A stretch of 31,091 bases of DNA, taken from the IMG/VR virus record IMGVR_UViG_3300032327_000996, positions 1-31,091 of that record; one strand, given 5' to 3'. A program made the position numbers and the translations under genes. This document shows, piece after piece, positions 1-7,150 of this stretch. The notes below the pieces were generated by a model. The model made no database searches and was not told the origin of the DNA. It saw nothing but the letters and a program-made list of their open reading frames with translations. The number at the start of each line of letters is the position of its first letter. Within the stretch, counting starts at the first letter, position 1. Origin of the DNA: a virus. Taxonomy: Duplodnaviria > Caudoviricetes.

Positions 1-15
1 ACGCTCTTCCGATCT
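1..15 (+). other. Illumina TruSeq adapter remnant at the contig end (artifact)
   Basis: ACGCTCTTCCGATCT is exactly the 3' end of the Read 1 primer; its reverse complement is AGATCGGAAGAGCGT. Confidence 0.9.
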
Positions 16-18
16 CCA

Positions 19-591
19 TTAAACTAATCCCGCAATGTAATCCCAAGCAAGTTGTGATTTATTCAATACATATATTTTAACATTATTTTGAGTAGCACAC
101 AACCTTACTTTTACCGAATCTATCTTAATCAAATAATCATTTTTTGGATCAAGATAAATGTCAAATTCTGTAAGATAGAAGTCAGGTGTATAATGCCTTT
201 GCTTTCCTGTTTCATCTATCCATTTTAATCTTTTAGGTCTAATCCATTTGATATTATTTTTGTCCAACTCTTTAGCTAAAAGCAATTCATAGGAAGATTC
301 TAACAATACACCATTATATTCAAATGTTTTACGATAATTTTTACCACCAAAACCTCTTTCAATTGCTTTTGCAGATAGAAAGTTTTTAGTATCTTGTGTA
401 TGAAGGTTCGTACCACGATTTTTGCGAGTGGCAACCATCATTTTAGATTGATCCTCTTTGGTACGTGAAGTAAAATGTTTACTACGCATACACATTTGTT
501 TTGTAACACTGAATTTTGCAGACACTTCAGCAATAGAATGTCCTAAATCATAATATTTTTGTATCTCGGACCAGTTATATTTATTTTTCAT
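19..591 (-). CDS. Free-standing PD-(D/E)XK (TnsA-N-like) putative homing endonuclease
   Basis: C-terminal ESSYE...HYTPDFYL...IYLDPKN nuclease motif; basic N-terminal region; TAAATA 5 nt upstream of the ATG. Confidence 0.7.
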   Translation of the reverse strand: MKNKYNWSEIQKYYDLGHSIAEVSAKFSVTKQMCMRSKHFTSRTKEDQSKMMVATRKNRGTNLHTQDTKNFLSAKAIERGFGGKNYRKTFEYNGVLLESSYELLLAKELDKNNIKWIRPKRLKWIDETGKQRHYTPDFYLTEFDIYLDPKNDYLIKIDSVKVRLCATQNNVKIYVLNKSQLAWDYIAGLV

Positions 592-663
592 AAATCTATT
601 TATCCCAAGACTAAGGTATTACCATTATACAATCGTGAATACGAACCCCGCATAAATATATTT

Positions 664-828
664 ATGTATACATATGACGCCATCACAAAAACCGGATTAG
701 TAATTCACCTATCAATGAGTGATGACCATACTTTTTATATTCTAATATTTGATATTGATAACTTCACATTGACTATGAAATTCTTCAATAACATTGAAAC
801 AGCACTTGCTTTTGTGCAAGCACTTTAA
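664..828 (+). CDS. Small hypothetical protein (54 aa, MYTYDAITK...)
   Basis: The ATG at 664 lies 5 nt after TAAATA (653-658); the longer 559 start overlaps the opposite-strand gene. Confidence 0.55.
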   Translation: MYTYDAITKTGLVIHLSMSDDHTFYILIFDIDNFTLTMKFFNNIETALAFVQAL

Positions 829-833
829 TTATC

Positions 834-910
834 TGGAGTAGGTGACAGGGGTCGAACCTGCATAAAACGGATTTGCAATCCGTAGCCTAACCATTCAGCG
901 ACACACCTAC
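834..910 (-). tRNA. tRNA-Cys(GCA)
   Basis: Acceptor GTAGGTG/CACCTAC, anticodon arm ACGGA-TTGCAAA-TCCGT, GGTTCGA T-loop, encoded CCA. Confidence 0.95.
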
Positions 911-914
911 ATAT

Positions 915-1122
915 TGCTCTGCATCCCTCGGCGGTAATTATATCGCATCAATCATCGGACTAGACGAATAATCCACGACAACATCACACACGACTTCCAC
1001 CCGCTTCCCGACAGGGACCGTTATCGCATTGCTAGCGGCCTTTCGGTTCAAAGACTACCACCCGTAACTATCACGTTACTTCTCATCCTGTGGGTCACAG
1101 TATCTGTTGATTAGACAGAACG
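915..1122 (-). ncRNA. Candidate ~208-nt structured ncRNA of unknown family
   Basis: GC-richer ORF-less spacer between tRNAs; terminal pairing GTTCTG/CAGAGC; hairpins CTGTG/CACAG, GTAAC/GTTAC and CC-GAAA-GG. Confidence 0.55.
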
Positions 1123-1126
1123 TTTT

Positions 1127-1214
1127 TGGCGGAGCATGTAGGAATCGAACCTACTCACCTCTTTCGAAATGATGGATTAGCAATCCATTGCCTTAACCGG
1201 TCGGCCAATGCTCC
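1127..1214 (-). tRNA. tRNA-Ser(GCU)
   Basis: Acceptor GGAGCAT/ATGCTCC, ATGGA-TTGCTAA-TCCAT, long variable arm, G73, CCA. Confidence 0.95.
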
Positions 1215-1228
1215 TGATAAATATACAA

Positions 1229-1750
1229 ATGCAACACAATTTCTTTTATAAAAAAATAGGCAACATATCAACTGAATTACTTTGCGGTATGCAAAGTGAT
1301 ACATTATTTAGAACATACAGTTCATGTGTAGATTTTCCACCTAATGTATTGACCATTAGTAATTCTATAAATTCTACATTACTCATTAAATTATTTAATG
1401 AATTATCCTGTTTATTTAAACGTAATGGTCATATTAGTACTAACTATGCTAAAATGTATCCTATGAGTTATTTAAAAGAACATAGCGACCTTTCATCATA
1501 TGAAAAAGAATCATCAATTCATTCTACTATGATAAAATTGCAAATCCCTATCATAACAAATGAAAAAATAGGAATGATGTGGGCTCCGACTCCTAATGAG
1601 TCTACTCTTGTTAACTTTGATATAGGTGGAATTTATATCATAGATAATGTAAGAATGCATTCTGTAGTAAATCTAAGTAATGAATACCGATATAATTTAA
1701 CTTCACGATTTCATATTGATTCGTTACTAGATAAATCTTTACTAGATTAG
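1229..1750 (+). CDS. Asp/Asn beta-hydroxylase-like 2OG-Fe(II)/cupin oxygenase
   Basis: HSD...LQIPIITN...IDNVRMHSVVN...R gives HxD...H...R; ATG 1229 lies 5 nt after TAAATA, whereas the 1208 start overlaps a tRNA. Confidence 0.75.
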   Translation: MQHNFFYKKIGNISTELLCGMQSDTLFRTYSSCVDFPPNVLTISNSINSTLLIKLFNELSCLFKRNGHISTNYAKMYPMSYLKEHSDLSSYEKESSIHSTMIKLQIPIITNEKIGMMWAPTPNESTLVNFDIGGIYIIDNVRMHSVVNLSNEYRYNLTSRFHIDSLLDKSLLD

Positions 1751-1827
1751 TGGTGCCTCCACCTGGACTCGAACCAGGAACTTTTCCATTATGAGTGGAA
1801 TACTCTAACCAGTTGAGTTATAGAGGC
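1751..1827 (-). tRNA. tRNA with CAU anticodon (Ile2 or elongator Met)
   Basis: TTCCA-CTCATAA-TGGAA; G1-C72 pair; lacks the initiator 3xG-C anticodon stem; CCA. Confidence 0.9.
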
Positions 1828-2474
1828 AATTTATAAGTATTTTTATTGATACTTATTATATCTTGTTTTTGAACAGTTATCAACTGTTTCGGGAACTGTG
1901 TCCATTTTGCGGTGTCTCTTTCTGTTTTATATCCCTTAACTTCTACATATGAGTTTAAGTCCGGCAAATAAAAATCAGGAAAATATGTCCTATTACCATT
2001 CCACTCATATTTGAAACCCGGTCCATCATAACGGACACACTTAACATTATTTAATTTACACCATTTGTAAAAAACAAGTTCCCAAGAACCTTGAAATTTG
2101 ATACCATCAAAAATGAGTTGTTTAGTACGTCCTCTATTGGAGGAGGTGTATGATTCTGGATGATTCTCTACTGCATTTTTCATAATAGTAGAATGTCTCA
2201 TCTTTCGTTCATCTGACCATACTTGTAGTTTTCCTGCCTGTGAAAGTTTTTTACTTGTCTTTTTAGAAATCTTAAAATCAGGTATAGACCATTGATTTTT
2301 TACGTCTTTAATAATCTCACCTGTCTTTACTTTTTTCATATATTCGGACAAATTTTTTGCACCAGACAAATAACTCAAATCTATTTTGCTTGGATTATTT
2401 GCACAACGAATTAAATGCTGTGCTTGAGCATTTTTTGTATTGAATTCACGGTTACAATATATACAGGTAAACAT
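1818..2474 (-). CDS. Zn-finger plus PD-(D/E)XK putative homing endonuclease
   Basis: N-terminal CxxC..H..C; C-terminal GSWE...TYFPDFYLP...VEVKG; own TAAATA and AGGAG; the stop codon lies inside the tRNA 5' end. Confidence 0.75.
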   Translation of the reverse strand: MFTCIYCNREFNTKNAQAQHLIRCANNPSKIDLSYLSGAKNLSEYMKKVKTGEIIKDVKNQWSIPDFKISKKTSKKLSQAGKLQVWSDERKMRHSTIMKNAVENHPESYTSSNRGRTKQLIFDGIKFQGSWELVFYKWCKLNNVKCVRYDGPGFKYEWNGNRTYFPDFYLPDLNSYVEVKGYKTERDTAKWTQFPKQLITVQKQDIISINKNTYKLPL

Positions 2475-2523
2475 AATAACTCCTATAATATATTTATGCC
2501 TAGAGTCGCCTGTTCTAACCGTT

Positions 2524-2598
2524 TGGTGCGCCCACTTGGAATTGAACCAAGACTCGGTGGTTTATGAGACCACTGCTTTACCATTAAGCTATAAGCGC
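2524..2598 (-). tRNA. tRNA with CAU anticodon (Ile2 or elongator Met)
   Basis: GCGCTTA/TGGGCGC, GTGGT-CTCATAA-ACCAC, GGTTCAA, CCA. Confidence 0.9.
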
Positions 2599-2605
2599 AT
2601 ATACT

Positions 2606-2690
2606 TGGTACGACTGGCCGGAATCGAACCGGCACGCTGTTGGGCGAGAGATTTTAAGTCTCTTGTGTCTACCTATTTCACCACAGTCGC
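2606..2690 (-). tRNA. tRNA-Leu(UAA)
   Basis: AGAGA-CTTAAAA-TCTCT, long variable arm, CCA. Confidence 0.95.
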
Positions 2691-2703
2691 AAATCTTGTT
2701 ACT

Positions 2704-2732
2704 ATTATATATCAAATAGTCTTTATTGTCAA
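2704..2732 (-). promoter_or_regulatory. Consensus sigma70 promoter
   Basis: TTGACA-N17-TATAAT just upstream of tRNA-Leu. Confidence 0.85.
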
Positions 2733-2737
2733 ATGAA

Positions 2738-2949
2738 TTTGTAAGTAGTATCACCATCGTTATTGATACCATTCACCCATGTATATAAAGCCGGCTGGGA
2801 CTCGGTACGTTACTTGAGATTCATCCAGTATGTCCACCATTTGGAACTGACACCTTTCGAGTGCCGGGGATTCGAACCCCTTACCTTTTACTGCTTTGGT
2901 CCTTCGAAGTAACCTAGACAGCGTGACTTCACTTGCTAACACTTACAAA
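2738..2949 (-). ncRNA. Candidate ~210-nt ncRNA with an internal T-arm-like hairpin
   Basis: Perfect 9-bp terminal stem TTTGTAAGT/ACTTACAAA; GGGG-TTCGAAT-CCCC at 2866-2880; no cloverleaf. Confidence 0.6.
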
Positions 2950-2952
2950 ACT

Positions 2953-3026
2953 TGGCATCCCCTCAAGGACTCGAACCTTGACCAACGGTTTTGGAGACCG
3001 GTATGCTGCCATTACACTAAGGAGAT
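2953..3026 (-). tRNA. tRNA-Trp(CCA)
   Basis: CCGGT-CTCCAAA-ACCGT, G73, CCA. Confidence 0.93.
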
Positions 3027-3033
3027 ATAAATT

Positions 3034-3110
3034 TGGCGCACCGTAGGGGACTCGAACCCCTGGCCTCCTGCGTGACAGGCAGGCGATCTAACCAACTGAG
3101 CTAACGGTGC
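3034..3110 (-). tRNA. tRNA-Asp(GUC)
   Basis: CCTGC-CTGTCAC-GCAGG, G73, CCA. Confidence 0.96.
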
Positions 3111-3175
3111 AAAAATTAATTAAGAGCCTGTAGACTTAACTACAATTTACCGGTTTCAAGACGAACTCTTAAACT

Positions 3176-3262
3176 TGGTGGAGACGACTGGAGTCGAACC
3201 AGTAGTGCCTTTCGAGCGGCGGATTTACAGTCCACTGGGGTTACCAATTTTCCTACATCTCC
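3176..3262 (-). tRNA. tRNA-Tyr(GUA)
   Basis: GTGGA-CTGTAAA-TCCGC, long variable arm, CCA. Confidence 0.95.
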
Positions 3263-3272
3263 AAAAACGATC

Positions 3273-3352
3273 TGAGGCCATGCGAGCTCATCTGCATGCT
3301 TAGGCTTTTTGTCTTCTCCTGCCCGGGCAGTTACGACGGTAGCGTCACCTCA
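3273..3352 (-). ncRNA. Candidate 80-nt three-hairpin small RNA
   Basis: Terminal TGAGGT/GCCTCA with hairpins GACG/CGTC, CTGC/GCAG and ATGC/GCAT. Confidence 0.45.
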
Positions 3353-3361
3353 AAAACTAAC

Positions 3362-3423
3362 TACAGGACGCCCGGGAGTTCTACGGGTCGTTTAAGAATA
3401 CGCTTCGCAGCTACTCTCCTATA
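3362..3423 (-). ncRNA. Candidate 62-nt small RNA
   Basis: Terminal TATAGGA/TCCTGTA stem, GC-rich interior containing CCCGGG. Confidence 0.35.
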
Positions 3424-3428
3424 AAACT

Positions 3429-3503
3429 TGGTAGAGCTACGCGGAATCGAACCGCGCTTGCCTGGATGAAAACCAGATGTCCTAACCGATAGACGATAGC
3501 TCC
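3429..3503 (-). tRNA. tRNA-Glu(UUC)
   Basis: TCTGG-TTTTCAT-CCAGG; CGTCTA...GGAC D-arm typical of Glu; CCA. Confidence 0.94.
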
Positions 3504-3504
3504 A

Positions 3505-3608
3505 CTATATGAAAACACACTAGTGAAATTGCACTACCCCAGTTTCACGCTGGGTTACCAGTAGTTACAGAGGCATTGTCCTCCTGCAAATAATGTGTTT
3601 ACATATAG
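3505..3608 (-). ncRNA. AAACAC/GTGTGTTT long-stem element, copy 1
   Basis: CTATATGTAAACACAT pairs with GTGTGTTTTCATATAG and encloses inner hairpins. Confidence 0.55.
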
Positions 3609-3643
3609 AGCCCTGAACTTAACAGGGATATATGAATATTAAA

Positions 3644-3654
3644 TTTTAAAGAAC
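3644..3654 (-). promoter_or_regulatory. boxA-like Nus antitermination site
   Basis: GTTCTTTAAAA matches GYTCTTTAANA, about 35 nt downstream of the expected start of the proximal tandem promoter. Confidence 0.6.
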
Positions 3655-3693
3655 TGTTTTGCAACTGACTCTATCGTTTGTTGCTATGTGTCT

Positions 3694-3803
3694 ATTATAA
3701 CACCGTTTGAATTAATTGTCAAATTCTTTTTGTATCTTTGTGTCCAAGAACTTGTTCAATCAATCTATAACTAGAGTATAACAGATTGGAGATTTGTTGT
3801 CAA
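3694..3803 (-). promoter_or_regulatory. Tandem sigma70 promoters
   Basis: TTGACA-N17-TATACT (3803-3775) and TTGACA-N17-TATAAT (3722-3694). Confidence 0.85.
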
Positions 3804-3858
3804 ATTTTGCTAATGTAATACTTAGTACTATATAAAATGTTTAATGATAAATATTGTT

Positions 3859-4440
3859 ATGGAACAACACACCTTATACGATGATTTAGAATTACCAAAA
3901 AATTGTACGTTTGAAGAAATCAAACAAAAATACAGAATACTGGCACAAATTCATCATCCTGATAAGGGCGGTGATGTAGAAAAATTCAAAAAAATTAAAT
4001 TAGCATATGAAGTATTAAGTGATGTAACCAAACGTGAACATTATGATTCAACAGGTGATCACTATAATGATAATAATCTTAACACCGAAGTGTTTGGTAG
4101 GCTTAACGTAATGTTAGTACAATTTATACCACAGATTAATCCAGAATTTGATGATTTAATTTTAAGAATGAAAGTTGAAATACGTGCATTACAAGATCAA
4201 ACTACTAATTCCATTACTGAGTGTAATAATTCAATTAATAAATTAACTATCATTACTAAGAAAATTAAATTAAAAAAAGAAGGTGAAAATTTATTAAAAT
4301 CTTTTGCCGAAAAGAAAATTAAACAACAGCAGGCTGAATTGATTAATTTTAAAAGAGGTTTAATAGTTTTTGCAAGAATGCTAGAAGTATTAGAAGATTA
4401 TCATTATAGTAATGATGAATGGCAACTACTTATTCAATAA
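3859..4440 (+). CDS. J-domain (DnaJ-like) co-chaperone
   Basis: LYDDLEL...EIKQKYR...HHPDKGG...AYEVLSD...R..YD followed by a helical tail; ATG 3859 lies 5 nt after TAAATA. Confidence 0.9.
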   Translation: MEQHTLYDDLELPKNCTFEEIKQKYRILAQIHHPDKGGDVEKFKKIKLAYEVLSDVTKREHYDSTGDHYNDNNLNTEVFGRLNVMLVQFIPQINPEFDDLILRMKVEIRALQDQTTNSITECNNSINKLTIITKKIKLKKEGENLLKSFAEKKIKQQQAELINFKRGLIVFARMLEVLEDYHYSNDEWQLLIQ

Positions 4441-4515
4441 TGGTCCGGGGTACAGGAATCGAACCTGTATTGACTGCTTAGAAGGCAGATATTCTATCCA
4501 TTGAATTAACCCCAG
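4441..4515 (-). tRNA. tRNA-Arg(UCU)
   Basis: CTGC-CTTCTAA-GCAG, A20 in the D-loop, CCA. Confidence 0.93.
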
Positions 4516-4536
4516 ATAAATTTTTAACTTGCCCCT

Positions 4537-4565
4537 ATTGTAGCAGGATTTTTATTTATTGTCAA
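4537..4565 (-). promoter_or_regulatory. sigma70 promoter
   Basis: TTGACA-N17-TACAAT upstream of tRNA-Arg(UCU). Confidence 0.75.
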
Positions 4566-5119
4566 CCTACAGTATTACGATCTCGTAGAATTTTATTCCG
4601 TCTCTTGTAGATGGCGGCATTTGAAATGCCTAGCATATCTTCTAATTCAGAGATACCATGTTTGCTCATTAAGTCAATAAGGTCAATATTGTCCCAATCA
4701 ACTTTCCTACGGTTTGTAGTTGCACAAGTAGGAGAACAAAAACTATTTGTTATAGGTTTGTCACCCTTACACACCGGGCATAAATCGTACTCTTGTACTT
4801 TTCTGAATGCAGTATATTCTTCATCAAATACTGCATATTGCTTTGGGAGTTCTCTAGCTCCGGCATGAATTTCACTATGGCAATTATGACATACTAAAAT
4901 ACATTTTTTTAATTCTTCTATTACAGCCTCCCATTTTTTAGGATTTGCTCTAAGTGAGTCAAATGCTAATTCTTTAATAGTAGGATCAATGTGGTGGAAT
5001 GCTAATGCTTGCTGACATTTATCATATCCACAACACTGACATTTACCTCCCATTGCGGAAACCATTCTTTCTTTAGAACGGTGTCTCCATGCTTTAACTC
5101 TGTTTGATGATATTGACAT
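4562..5119 (-). CDS. HNH endonuclease with extra Zn-binding and HTH-like C-terminus
   Basis: GGKCQCCG...FHHIDP...CILVCHNCHSEIH; CPVC...CSPTC. Confidence 0.85.
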   Translation of the reverse strand: MSISSNRVKAWRHRSKERMVSAMGGKCQCCGYDKCQQALAFHHIDPTIKELAFDSLRANPKKWEAVIEELKKCILVCHNCHSEIHAGARELPKQYAVFDEEYTAFRKVQEYDLCPVCKGDKPITNSFCSPTCATTNRRKVDWDNIDLIDLMSKHGISELEDMLGISNAAIYKRRNKILRDRNTVG

Positions 5120-5175
5120 ATATAACCTCTAACCTTCACATTTATTTATGCCAGGTTGAGGTTATAGTTAGAATT

Positions 5176-5254
5176 TGGCTCCGAATGTGAGATTCGAACT
5201 CACCTAACCAGTGATTAACAGTCACGCCCATGCACCTAGCTCGGGTTTTTCGGA
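5176..5254 (-). tRNA. tRNA-Asn(GUU) with atypical D-arm
   Basis: GTGA-CTGTTAA-TCAC, U1-A72, G73, CCA; enlarged D-loop. Confidence 0.85.
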
Positions 5255-5261
5255 ATAAATC

Positions 5262-5337
<76 letters not shown>

Positions 5338-5429
5338 TAATCCAACTGTGACCTTACGCTCTTTCCGTTGGCGATTGAGCAGCCGACATTCTTAAAGTCA
5401 TCTCGGAACTGACTTCTTTATTTAACTGA

Positions 5430-5458
5430 AGTATATCACAACAAAACTTTTTTGTCAA
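5430..5458 (-). promoter_or_regulatory. sigma70 promoter
   Basis: TTGACA-N17-TATACT. Confidence 0.75.
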
Positions 5459-5474
5459 GCGATATTGTGATATT

Positions 5475-6035
5475 TTAGGACAACAAAATTCTACTGTGCT
5501 TAGGAACGCCCGCAAGCAAGTATTCCATTTGATCAGCTAGAATTGTTCTATGTTGAAGGATCATATTTTCATAGTGATTAGGTGCGTACGGTGTGTATAA
5601 CAATTCCATACGTGCTTCTTTCAATGTTTTATGACCTTTACGACTGTTACAATCTCTACATGAAGTAACTACGTTCATCCAGGTGTTTTCTCCACCTTTG
5701 CTTTTTGGATGAATGTGGTCACGGCTTAATGCGTGATAGTTGGCAAAATATTCACCACAGTACGCACATACATGACGATCACGACCAAACAAGGTTTTGT
5801 TTGTTAGTGCAACATTTGCATGTTTGTATGGATTAAATCCATGACCTTTGATTGCAATAATACTGGTGGTTTCTAAATAACTTAATGTACCATCATTTTG
5901 AATGCCACCTCTATATCTAGCCACAATATCACCCATTGACCATGCAATGGCATTTTTTGCTTGATAGACAATTGCATCATCATATGATATCCATTGTCTC
6001 GGAACTCCTGATATATCTAGTGCTAGTACTGCCAT
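5475..6035 (-). CDS. HNH endonuclease (McrA-like)
   Basis: LFGRDRHVCAYCG...SRDHIHPKSKGG..TWMNVVTSCRDCNSRKG; AAGGAG SD. Confidence 0.92.
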   Translation of the reverse strand: MAVLALDISGVPRQWISYDDAIVYQAKNAIAWSMGDIVARYRGGIQNDGTLSYLETTSIIAIKGHGFNPYKHANVALTNKTLFGRDRHVCAYCGEYFANYHALSRDHIHPKSKGGENTWMNVVTSCRDCNSRKGHKTLKEARMELLYTPYAPNHYENMILQHRTILADQMEYLLAGVPKHSRILLS

Positions 6036-6080
6036 GTAAAACTCCTTTGTTGGTAGTCACTAATTGTATTTAATCTATTT

Positions 6081-6155
6081 TGGCGGGCCTTGCAGGAATC
6101 GAACCCACATCACCAAGTTCGAAGCATGGCATTCTATCCATTGAACTAAAGGCCC
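6081..6155 (-). tRNA. tRNA-Arg(UCG)
   Basis: CCATG-CTTCGAA-CTTGG (one stem mismatch), A20, CCA. Confidence 0.88.
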
Positions 6156-6163
6156 GTGTTAGT

Positions 6164-6192
6164 ATTATACGACAAACACTGTTATTTGTCAA
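6164..6192 (-). promoter_or_regulatory. Consensus sigma70 promoter
   Basis: TTGACA-N17-TATAAT immediately upstream of tRNA-Arg(UCG). Confidence 0.8.
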
Positions 6193-6194
6193 TT

Positions 6195-6270
6195 TGGTGC
6201 CAAAGACTGGGATCGAACCAGTGACACACGGATTTTCAATCCGCTGCTCTACCATCTGAGCTACATTGGC
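6195..6270 (-). tRNA. tRNA-Phe(GAA)
   Basis: GCGGA-TTGAAAA-TCCGT, CCA. Confidence 0.95.
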
Positions 6271-6272
6271 TT

Positions 6273-6347
6273 TGGTGGATGATAGTGGGGTCGAACCACT
6301 GACCTCTTCGATGTCAACAAAGTATTCTACCGCTGAAATAATCATCC
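6273..6347 (-). tRNA. tRNA-Val(GAC)
   Basis: CTTTG-TTGACAT-CGAAG, CCA. Confidence 0.93.
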
Positions 6348-6354
6348 AATTTAT

Positions 6355-6428
6355 TGGTGCTCAAACGTAGAATCGAACTACGATATCTGTCATACCAAGA
6401 CAGTGTTCTTCCATTAAACTATATGAGC
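6355..6428 (-). tRNA. tRNA-Thr(GGU)
   Basis: CTGTC-TTGGTAT-GACAG, CCA. Confidence 0.93.
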
Positions 6429-6430
6429 AA

Positions 6431-6580
6431 AGGCGGGAGCCTAACTATCTTATTGTTAATAAGCCTCATTAGATTGTCTCGTATAGGCAAGTTTATACAC
6501 CCATCAATCATACTATAGTGTCATCACAGTTAACCCCACTGTGACTAGATTGACAGGGACTCAAACCTATCGTCTATCCC
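6431..6580 (-). ncRNA. Candidate ~150-nt ncRNA with a 5' T-arm-like hairpin
   Basis: GGGA...TCCC ends; GATAGG-TTTGAGTC-CCTGTC; GTCACAGT/ACTGTGAT hairpin. Confidence 0.5.
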
Positions 6581-6585
6581 ATAAC

Positions 6586-6661
6586 TGGCACCCCCTGATG
6601 GACTCGAACCACCGCATGCGGGAATCAAAATCCCGAGCCTTACCAACTTGGCGAAGAGGGT
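6586..6661 (-). tRNA. tRNA-Gln(UUG)
   Basis: CGGGA-TTTTGAT-TCCCG, G73, CCA. Confidence 0.93.
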
Positions 6662-6669
6662 ATAAATTG

Positions 6670-6743
6670 TGGTACCCAGTACAGGTTACGATCCTGTGTC
6701 TCACCCTTATCAGGGGTGTGTTATACCATTTAACTAACCGGGC
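6670..6743 (-). tRNA. tRNA-Ile(GAU) with atypical T-loop
   Basis: CACCC-CTGATAA-GGGTG; T-arm ACAGG-ATCGTAA-CCTGT; CCA. Confidence 0.9.
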
Positions 6744-6748
6744 ATACT

Positions 6749-6824
6749 TGGTAGTGATGGTCGGACTCGAACCGACGATAAACTCCGTATGAAGGAGGTA
6801 CATTAGCCGCTATGCTACATCACT
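6749..6824 (-). tRNA. tRNA-Met(CAU), probably elongator
   Basis: CTCC-TTCATAC-GGAG; paired A1-U72; CCA. Confidence 0.88.
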
Positions 6825-6829
6825 ATAAT

Positions 6830-6905
6830 TGGGGAGTCGTACGGGAATCGAACCCGTATTAACGGAATCACAATCCGTGGTGTTAACCGTTACACTAACA
6901 ACTCC
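6830..6905 (-). tRNA. tRNA-His(GUG)
   Basis: ACGGA-TTGTGAT-TCCGT; encoded G-1:C73; CCA. Confidence 0.95.
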
Positions 6906-6911
6906 ATATAT

Positions 6912-7002
6912 TGGCGGAAGGCTAGAGAGTCGAACTCTAAAGGCGCTATTAACGCTCGGCTGTTTTCAAGACAGATCCCATCGCCAGTTGGGTTGGCCTT
7001 CC
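6912..7002 (-). tRNA. tRNA-Ser(UGA)
   Basis: CTGT-CTTGAAA-ACAG, long variable arm, G73, CCA. Confidence 0.94.
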
Positions 7003-7004
7003 AT

Positions 7005-7097
7005 TTAACTTTTTGTATCAATATTTTGACTCTTATCTAGATAAGAGTCAATTAGACCTTTGTATGTGTATGTTACACATTCATAAAAAACTTTATT
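7005..7097. repeat. 93-bp direct repeat, copy 1 (3' remnant of ORF 7781-7963)
   Basis: Matches 7781-7873 with one mismatch; contains a perfect 26-bp palindrome at 7026-7051. Confidence 0.9.
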
Positions 7098-7150
7098 TAG
7101 TAACACTAGTGTTCTCTCATTAATATATTTTTCATCAAGCTAAATAGTTA

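Noticed and set aside
1-15. Biological motif at the left end
   Set aside because: It is an exact Illumina adapter sequence and marks the contig end. The array may continue beyond it, since Gly, Ala and Pro tRNAs are not seen.
2860-2885. tmRNA or tRNA at GGGGTTCGAATCCCC
   Set aside because: No acceptor stem or CCA, no GGGG-type 5' end with a G3-U70 pair, and no tag ORF ending in AA.
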